Below are positions 1-5,797 of a DNA stretch of 10,010 bases, piece after piece. Each line of letters starts with the position of its first letter. Within the stretch, counting starts at the first letter, position 1. Position numbers and translations under genes: made by a program. The notes under the pieces were generated by a model. That model saw nothing but the letters and a program-made list of their open reading frames with translations, did no database searches and had not been told where the DNA came from. Origin of the DNA: Verrucomicrobiota bacterium (GTDB lineage: Bacteria > Verrucomicrobiota > Verrucomicrobiia > Opitutales > Seribacteraceae); NCBI GenBank assembly GCA_027622665.1, contig JAQBYT010000059.1, positions 1 through 10,010 of the forward strand. Direction: 5' to 3'.

Positions 1-1
1 C

Positions 2-105
2 CCATCGGCTCGTTCAATTCGTAAACTTCGCGCCATAAACAAAGGAACATCCACATACTGAAAGCAAAGTCAACCTTAAATATTACGAAATGACCCGTTT
101 GCTGC
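2..105. repeat. 104-bp direct repeat, copy 1 (abuts window edge)
   Basis: Matches 865..968 at 100 of 104 positions (differences at 70/933, 81/944, 97/960, 101/964). Confidence 0.97.
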
Positions 106-107
106 CC

Positions 108-142
108 TGCCTTCCGTGCCTTCCGTGCCTCCGTGCCTCCGT
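108..142 (+). repeat. Short tandem repeat (TGCCTTCCG)2(TGCCTCCG)2
   Basis: Directly visible immediately after the 104-bp repeat. Confidence 0.9.
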
Positions 143-228
143 AATCGAAGGCGTGAATACTTTTGAAGAGGCGACAAGCCGCGAGAGAAATTCGTGGAGA
201 GTCACGACTCGTTATAAGTGCCAATGTC

Positions 229-255
229 AAATAGTTTGGACTGACCCCATTCTGC
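229..255 (-). repeat. Divergent member of the GCAG..GGGGTCA site family
   Basis: Minus strand reads GCAGAATGGGGTCAGTCCAAACTATTT, sharing GCAGAA/GGGGTCA/TTT with 738..765. Confidence 0.6.
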
Positions 256-281
256 CCCCCAAGTCATGCTCTTGGCTGCAG

Positions 282-698
282 CTATTTCTCTGTTTCCGCT
301 TTTTCCTTAAAATACATCAATACAAAGAGAGGACATTCAAAAATGAAGGCCACTAAATAGAGAGTTTCACTTGGAAAATCCCACATGAATTCTGTCCACC
401 AGGTTAAGCTCAAGAAATAGCCTAGTTGGCTCAAATAAAATATGAGAAACACGGCAGCCGATTTCTCCTTCAAAAAGAGACTAACCAACCCACTCAGAAA
501 AGACATTGATACTACCAACAACAAGAAAAGACTTTTAAATTTGTGCTCACCAAAATGCTCACCAAAATGGATATATAAATAGACGCCGAACGCCCACCCC
601 CTCAAAAAACAGCCACCATAGAGGAAGTAAATTAGGAGCAAACCCAAATGGGCAATTTTTCGTAGTACCTTACCGCGGAAAAACCACATATCCTTCAT
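282..698 (-). CDS. Hypothetical membrane protein (about 4 hydrophobic segments), AT-rich, with in-frame 12-bp duplication (HFGE-HFGE)
   Basis: 138-aa ORF rich in F/L/V/I/Y with a charged C-terminal tail; TGCTCACCAAAA x2 at 544..567. Confidence 0.7.
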   Translation of the reverse strand: MKDMWFFRGKVLRKIAHLGLLLIYFLYGGCFLRGWAFGVYLYIHFGEHFGEHKFKSLFLLLVVSMSFLSGLVSLFLKEKSAAVFLIFYLSQLGYFLSLTWWTEFMWDFPSETLYLVAFIFECPLFVLMYFKEKAETEK

Positions 699-734
699 TA
701 ATGTAGGGGTGTTCTCCCCGTTGCGTTCTTCCCG

Positions 735-797
735 GAGGCAGAAAAGGGGTCATTACATAATGTTTGAAGAGGCAGAAAAGGGTCATTACGTAATGTT
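735..797 (+). repeat. Tandem pair of ~30-bp sites (34-bp period)
   Basis: GAGGCAGAAAAGGGGTCATTACATAATGTT (735..764) and GAGGCAGAAAAGGGTCATTACGTAATGTT (769..797). Confidence 0.95.
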
Positions 798-968
798 ATG
801 AATAAATTCATAATAAGCAATATCCTTCTGCCGGTAATTGCCACGGTTGATGATATGATACACTCCATCGGCTCGTTCAATTCGTAAACTTCGCGCCATA
901 AACAAAGGAACATCCACATACTGAAAGCAAAGGCAACCTTAAACATTACGAAATGACCCCTTTCCTGC
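738..968. mobile_element. MITE-like unit bounded by 28-bp imperfect inverted repeats
   Basis: 738..765 matches the reverse complement of 941..968 at 25 of 28 positions; the right half of the unit recurs at 2..105. No target-site duplication identified. Confidence 0.55.
865..968. repeat. 104-bp direct repeat, copy 2
   Basis: 100/104 identical to 2..105. Confidence 0.97.
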
Positions 969-976
969 TACTTAGA

Positions 977-1486
977 CTAAGAATTGGGCTTGAATAATAC
1001 CTGATGAACTTCCTGTGGGTCGTACTCCCGCTTGACCGCAAATCTGTATAACGGAACCCCTGCAGACTTCATTGCCTCTTCAATAAACGCATCCCTCGCT
1101 CGCCTGTCTGGGCGGTTGTGACTTGAGTCGTCCAGCTCGATGGCAAACTTGACTGTCATATCGCTTGGGTCGCATGCAACGAAGTCCAGATGCTTCGCCT
1201 TGATGCGATTGAAAGCAGAAGAGTGCGCGGACTTATCGAGATTCACCTTCACCTTGATCACGTCCGCAAGGCGCACTTGAGCCATAATCCGATAATGCGT
1301 GCCAATTACTTGATCGAGCACGCCGAGGAACTTCAATTCGGCGGGTGTCAGCAATGCCCCTATTGCATCATAAGGAGGATGCGACTCTCAGCCTCCACCT
1401 TTCCGAAGGAGTTGAATAACCTTCAAGATCATGATCAAGAAGACTACTACGCCCAGGAGGATGATTGATGTCGTGACTTTGTCCAC
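977..1486 (-). pseudogene. DUF2726 domain-containing protein with N-terminal membrane anchor, interrupted by in-frame TGA at 1388..1390 (domain intact in 977..1354)
   Basis: LLTPAE..F..VL, QVRLADVI, KHLDFVACD, AIELDDSSH, RD.F...A...AGVPL.RF motifs; the same frame upstream reads GTG(1486) MDKVTTSIILLGVVVFLIMILKVIQLLRKGGG*ESHPPY. Confidence 0.85.
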
Positions 1487-1562
1487 TCAACCTAACTTTT
1501 GATGCATTCGTATTCGGCAGTCAACTTCGAATATTACGATTAGTGAGGATTTAAGTAATTCT

Positions 1563-2752
1563 TCATTTAGGAAATACAAGTTTTGCGGCCTGGCGTTGGG
1601 AATGTTCGTCTATTACGTTTGCATAGACCTTCATGGCGAGGACGCCACCATCGGAATGACCCAGCCACTTGGCGACTGTTGTTAAGTCGACCCCGGCCTG
1701 TATCGCCTTTGTCGCGAAGTAGTGCCGTAGGTCGTGGTGCCTCAGGTATGGGAGATTAAGTTTTCCGCAAGCTCTTGCTATAGCTTTGTCTATTCTTTGT
1801 CGGATTAAGATTCTGTCTTCTTCATTAGATTTATTCCTGAATTCCTTCATTTTCTCCAAGAGCGCGGCAAGTTGATGGTAAATGGGAAGCGAGCGGTGAG
1901 CCGAGTCGGTCTTTGTTCCTCGTATGATGATGCGGTCTTCTTCCACGTCCTTCCACCGGAGTGCCCTAGCTTCACCCATTCTCAGCCCGGTGAAGCACAG
2001 GAAGAGAAAAGTGAATGCTACTTCCGGGCGACCTTTCCTCTTTGGGGGGGTGCCATTGGCCTCGGCTATGATCCGGCATAGCGTTGACTTTGATACGCCC
2101 ATGGATTCTGAGAGTTCAGTCCGGGTTTTGCTTTGCCAGGTCGAGGGCAGGGGAGGGTGCTTGGATGGTCTTAACTCCGGATACTGGAGCATTTGAACCA
2201 GTTCGCGGAATTGACGATCATTAGGAAGCTCGAGCTTTCTTGGCCTTACCGAGAAACCCTTGAGGTTGCCAAGATGGTTTTCCCGTATGATTTCTTTGAC
2301 CTCTGCAAAATCAAAGACTTTGCGAACAGCGTAGAGCACATAGTTCTTAGAGGCGTTGGATAGGGTTTTAATATTCTCTATGGCCTTGTATATTGATTTT
2401 GCCCTTAGCTCGTCTATTGGGGCATGCCAGACGTCGGTTTGAGTGCTTAATGCTTTCAGGGACTGGCGAATGCGGAGCTTGGTTTTCGAGGTGATAGGAG
2501 CCTCGGGGTTTGCCTCTTCAAGGAAGGTGAGGGCGATTTCTTCCAAGGTTTGTGAAGGTCGAGGCAGATCGGCCTTTCCCGGGGCTAGAGCAGCCTTCTC
2601 ATGCTTGAGTCCGATAAGAGCGTTGCGGGCTTCTTCTAGTCTGCTTGTGTGTAGGGATAGGTTCTTTTGGGCTTGCTGAGCCTAGCGTAGTAAGTGCCGT
2701 TTAAATACCTGTATAGGCCTTCAATGCCCTTTACCTTTGTCCACTGTTTCAT
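1563..2752 (-). CDS. int: Tyrosine recombinase / phage-type integrase; frameshift near 2657..2660 separates the N-terminal ~31 aa from the main frame (core ORF 1563..2546)
   Basis: Catalytic motifs TGLRMGE (R), GTKT (K), HDLRH (HxxR), LGH (H), VYA (Y); ATG at 2752 with strong RBS gives MKQWTKVKGIEGLYRYLNGTYYARLSKPKRT, continuing in another frame as SLHTSRLEEARNAL. Confidence 0.93.
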
Positions 2753-2757
2753 CCTGT

Positions 2758-2765
2758 TCCTCCTT
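2758..2765 (-). promoter_or_regulatory. Ribosome-binding site of the integrase
   Basis: Minus strand AAGGAGGA-ACAGG-ATG(2752). Confidence 0.8.
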
Positions 2766-2802
2766 TTGCTTAAGGAGAAACCTTTAGGGAAGTGCCTACC
2801 GA

Positions 2803-2824
2803 GTGTATAAAACCGTGTATAAAA
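2803..2824. repeat. Tandem 10-bp direct repeat, putative integrase arm-type binding sites
   Basis: GTGTATAAAA at 2803..2812 and 2815..2824, about 80 bp from the att core, inside the element. Confidence 0.65.
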
Positions 2825-2903
2825 TCACTGACCAGTCAAATTGGAGGAGGCGGAATCGTAGTGTACGAGAGGTTCCTAGAGGCATTTGTCTTCTACCTGA
2901 GAG

Positions 2904-2951
2904 GCATTCGTAATGCGTAGGTCGTCGGTTCGAATCCGATTCCCGGCTCCA
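2904..2951 (+). other. att site: 3' fragment of tRNA-Thr (anticodon CGT), not a complete tRNA
   Basis: GCA-TTCGTAA-TGCGT anticodon arm remnant, AGGTC variable loop, GTCGG-TTCGAAT-CCGAT T arm, TCCCGGC-T-CCA end; no D arm or 5' acceptor strand (GCCGGGA) upstream. Confidence 0.92.
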
Positions 2952-3127
2952 TTCTTTCTTCCTTTTCGCCATTTTCCAAGCGGAGCACAGAAGGTTTATC
3001 TTTTGTTTAGTGATTGTGTGGAGGTGGCGATTTATGTCTGTTGCGAGGTGCGAACTCGCTGTGCCAGGGCTCTCTCCATTCCCGCAACACCTTGGGGAGG
3101 GCGGAAGGGGACTGAACCCTGCGAAGG

Positions 3128-3592
3128 CTAGCAGCAACCAGTCGATGGGCTGCAACAAGAAGCTTCAGTTTCAACTTCTTCAGCATCTTCTTGTTCGGCA
3201 GGTATTCCGCACTTATCTTTTGCCAGGCAATCGGTTTGTGTTGGGGTTAATAAGAAATTGGTTCCGTCAAACTCCAGTCCGTACTTGCCTATGGTTTCCG
3301 ATTGGTACTCAACTTCTACTTCGAGTTCAGCTATATTCATCGCCTTTTCGGCAATTTCTATAATATCGATTAATTTTTGTGGTTCTAATCTGTGGTCGAA
3401 GTCGTTGGCGTTCCAAAGTTGGAAGTTCGCCACTTCTTCTTTCCTGATGGTTCCTCCGCAGTCTACGAAGTTTTTGGTGATTAAGCCTGCTTCAGTGATA
3501 TGGAAATGAGGAGGGACCAGACCACCGTTCGGAAGAACAAAGGTAATTTTTTCCAACTGCTTTAATTTGTCTTTAACTTCTAATGTTTTCAT
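3128..3592 (-). CDS. DUF6428 family protein (Cys-rich tail; family usually seen in arsenic-resistance neighbourhoods)
   Basis: VPPHFHITEAG..KNFVDCGG, FQLW.A.D.DHRL, EVEVEYQ..TIGKYGL, TDCLAKDKCGIP and terminal CCSPSTGCC. Confidence 0.88.
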   Translation of the reverse strand: MKTLEVKDKLKQLEKITFVLPNGGLVPPHFHITEAGLITKNFVDCGGTIRKEEVANFQLWNANDFDHRLEPQKLIDIIEIAEKAMNIAELEVEVEYQSETIGKYGLEFDGTNFLLTPTQTDCLAKDKCGIPAEQEDAEEVETEASCCSPSTGCC

Positions 3593-3706
3593 TCGGGAAC
3601 GATTTTGAGTTTGGGAGTTTGTTCTAATCAGTAATTAAATCTATTTTGAAATCTTAAATTCACGCCACGTGATTTCTTGAGAATCCGGGAATAAAATAAG
3701 TGATAG

Positions 3707-4381
3707 CTACTCTATTTTGGGTAATAGTAGGGGGCTGAGTAACTTTGTCCAACGGGCGTAGCCTTTACCGTTCATGTGGAGTTTGTCCTTGAGCCAGATG
3801 TCGGGGAGAGGTTGACCGTCCTTGCCTAGCATGACTTTGGACACGTCCACGAAGTTCAGTCTTTTGTCCTTGGCGGAGTGGTCTGCGATGAGGTGGTTGC
3901 AGGATTGGTATATCTTCCATTTGCTCATGCGTTTTGGAGAAGGTTTTGCAGCTAGGTAATGGATCTTGGTTTTGGGATCGAGAGCATGGACTCGCCTTGC
4001 GAATTCGATAAAGTCGGCGAAGACTTGCTGGGGTGGTTTTCCTGACCAGAGGTCGTTTTCGCCGCAATATAGGACTACGGTCTTTGGCTTGTGGCGGGCG
4101 ACGACTATGTCGAAGTAGTGTAGAACGTCGGAAATATGGGAGCCTCCGAATCCGCGGTTTAGAACTTTGTGGTCGGGGAAGTCCGTGGGCAGGCTTTTCC
4201 ACATGCGTATACTGGAACTGCCCGTGAAGAGGGTGAGGTCGGCGATGGGTTTGCGGCCGGCGTCTTCCTTTTCGAAGATGGCTATCGCATTGGAGAATCG
4301 CACGGGGTCGGGTTCGGGCTTTGCAGTAAGCGAATTGGCCGATGAGATGACCATGATGAATAGCGTAATAAGTTTTATCAT
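3707..4381 (-). CDS. SGNH/GDSL-type esterase/lipase family protein, secreted
   Basis: Signal peptide; blocks FTGSSS, NRGFGGS, YCGENDL and DKLHMN (DxxH). Confidence 0.93.
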   Translation of the reverse strand: MIKLITLFIMVISSANSLTAKPEPDPVRFSNAIAIFEKEDAGRKPIADLTLFTGSSSIRMWKSLPTDFPDHKVLNRGFGGSHISDVLHYFDIVVARHKPKTVVLYCGENDLWSGKPPQQVFADFIEFARRVHALDPKTKIHYLAAKPSPKRMSKWKIYQSCNHLIADHSAKDKRLNFVDVSKVMLGKDGQPLPDIWLKDKLHMNGKGYARWTKLLSPLLLPKIE

Positions 4382-4496
4382 GAAGAATGTTATTGCGGAT
4401 TAGCTAGATATTGAGGCAATTATTTCGGATCACTATTTAAATTCGGATTTCTTATGGATTTCCGGCTCTTCCGTAAATCACCAACCACGGGTTACT

Positions 4497-5114
4497 ATGA
4501 AAAAGAAATTTCTGACTTTCGCAATAGGGGCCATCGTTGCCTCTCAGATGGCACGAGCCGAAGACGAACCTCGACGTGAACGAGAGGCGAATGCCGATCG
4601 CGAAGTTCGCCGAGAGGATTCCCGCCCCGGAGACAGGGAGCGTGATCGTGCGCCTGACGAACGTCGTGTTCGCGGTGATCGCGAGGGTGATCGACGCCCC
4701 GATCAGGAAACTCCACCGGGTGTCCGTTCTCGCGGAGAGGGTGATCGTCCTCCTCCGCCCCCCATTCGCCGAGAGGGAGATCGTGAAGGCGGAGTTCGGC
4801 CTCCTCCCGGGGAAGGTGAGCGCGACCGTCCTCCTTTCGTTCGCCGAGGTGGCGAGGGTGATCGTCCCGCTCAAGGTCGTCCGCCTTCTCCTCGCGAAAC
4901 TGATGGTCGCGAAAGGCCCCAGCGTGTTCTTCCCCAACAAGGTCGCGAAGGTAGGTCTCCCTCACCTGAACGACTCCGGCAGGAACAGCAGCGTGGCGAC
5001 CAGATGGTTGGTGCGCTCCGCGAGGAACTTCGGCGCTCGCAGCAGCTTAACGCCGAGCTTCGCAACCGCATGCAGTTGTTCGAGCAACGTCTCAAAAGGT
5101 TGGAAGCTCGCTGA
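4497..5114 (+). CDS. Secreted low-complexity R/E/G/D/P-rich protein with C-terminal coiled coil
   Basis: MKKKFLTFAIGAIVASQMARA signal peptide; repeated EGDR(P) units; heptad-like C-terminus LREELRRSQQLNAELRNRMQLFEQRLKRLE. Confidence 0.8.
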   Translation: MKKKFLTFAIGAIVASQMARAEDEPRREREANADREVRREDSRPGDRERDRAPDERRVRGDREGDRRPDQETPPGVRSRGEGDRPPPPPIRREGDREGGVRPPPGEGERDRPPFVRRGGEGDRPAQGRPPSPRETDGRERPQRVLPQQGREGRSPSPERLRQEQQRGDQMVGALREELRRSQQLNAELRNRMQLFEQRLKRLEAR

Positions 5115-5221
5115 GATTATTTTCTGAATTATTTGAAAAAAGTTTCCGGACATTTGCGAAGAACGGGTCGTGTTTCAGGCGGTCTTGATAAAAGACTGAC
5201 TTTGGCTTAGAAGGTCTTTTG

Positions 5222-5683
5222 ATGAAAATGCAGTATGTTGTTTTGGCTTGGTTGCCGCTTCTGTTAGCTGGTTGTGGGGGTGATGGGGGAGCAGCGACCG
5301 ATGTCGGATCCAGTACCTTCGAGCAAATCGAAACTTTGGATAGGCTTAAAAAGGAGCTCGAAATTCTGAAGTGGGAAAATAGTCGGCTAGCCTTGAAGGT
5401 GATCAAGGTCGATGGTGGCCAACTTGTTCGGGATAAAACTACGGGACTTTGGCATCACGACGTGAACCGAGTTCCTTTTACCGGCCGAGCAATCGAAACT
5501 TATGCCAACGGGAGCCCCAAAGGGGAAGCCAGTTTTTTGAAGGGAGGACAAGACGGTATGTCGCGTTTTTGGTATGAGAGTGGTGCCCGCAAGGAGGAGT
5601 CCCAGTGGTTCGACAATCGTCGACATGGCTATTCCCGCCGATGGGATGAAGCGGGAAAGCTTATCGAGTCGAAGGAATTTTAA
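5222..5683 (+). CDS. Lipoprotein with MORN-variant (YwqK-like) repeats; probably truncated by a premature TAA, natural end 5722
   Basis: Lipobox LLLAGC; PFTG..IETYANG, G.SRFWYESG..K, HG.SRRWDEAGKL repeats; the frame continues F*NGELIDVIMERR*. Confidence 0.85.
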   Translation: MKMQYVVLAWLPLLLAGCGGDGGAATDVGSSTFEQIETLDRLKKELEILKWENSRLALKVIKVDGGQLVRDKTTGLWHHDVNRVPFTGRAIETYANGSPKGEASFLKGGQDGMSRFWYESGARKEESQWFDNRRHGYSRRWDEAGKLIESKEF

Positions 5684-5797
5684 AACGGCGAATTGATCGA
5701 CGTGATTATGGAGAGGCGTTAGGGCGAATTCCTTTTGGCACCGGGAGTTCTCCCGCAATGGATTCCTCGTGTGCCGGCTTCTTTAAGAAGAAAAACT

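Larger units (their letters stand above)
1..2951. mobile_element. Right-hand part of an integrative element / genomic island inserted in tRNA-Thr(CGT); left end lies outside the window
   Basis: Tyrosine integrase beside a duplicated tRNA 3' fragment and tandem arm-like repeats; AT-rich, repeat-rich cargo to the left; unrelated genes to the right. Confidence 0.8.

Noticed and set aside
735..797. CRISPR array
   Set aside because: Only two units with about 4 bp between them; no spacers.
698..946. 82-aa ORF as a real gene
   Set aside because: It runs through the repeats (NDPF twice) and its ATG is ATA in the other copy.
2..968. Diversity-generating retroelement TR/VR pair
   Set aside because: Only 4 mismatches, two not at adenines on either strand; no reverse transcriptase in the window; neither copy sits at the 3' end of a plausible target gene.
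78..968. Classical integron attC or Xer dif/pdif sites
   Set aside because: No RYYYAAC...GTTRRRY hairpins, no TTATGTTAAAT XerD arm, and the integrase lacks recognisable IntI features.
1388..1390. TGA recoding (alternative genetic code or selenocysteine)
   Set aside because: TGA ends several intact genes here (5114, 7854, 9631) and the position is a linker, not a Cys site.
2655..2680. Programmed -1 ribosomal frameshift in the integrase
   Set aside because: CCCAAAAG is present but not phased as X XXY YYZ or A AAG in the initiating frame; mutation or sequence error is simpler.
2875..2951. Complete tRNA-Thr gene
   Set aside because: 5' acceptor strand and D arm are absent.
2796..3363. ORFs 2796..3158, 2913..3131 and 3010..3363
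   Set aside because: They cross the att/tRNA fragment or lie antisense to DUF6428 and have no protein-like features.
4452..5153. Multiple long overlapping or antisense ORFs
   Set aside because: Expected shadows of a GC-rich repetitive gene; only 4497..5114 has a signal peptide and coherent composition.
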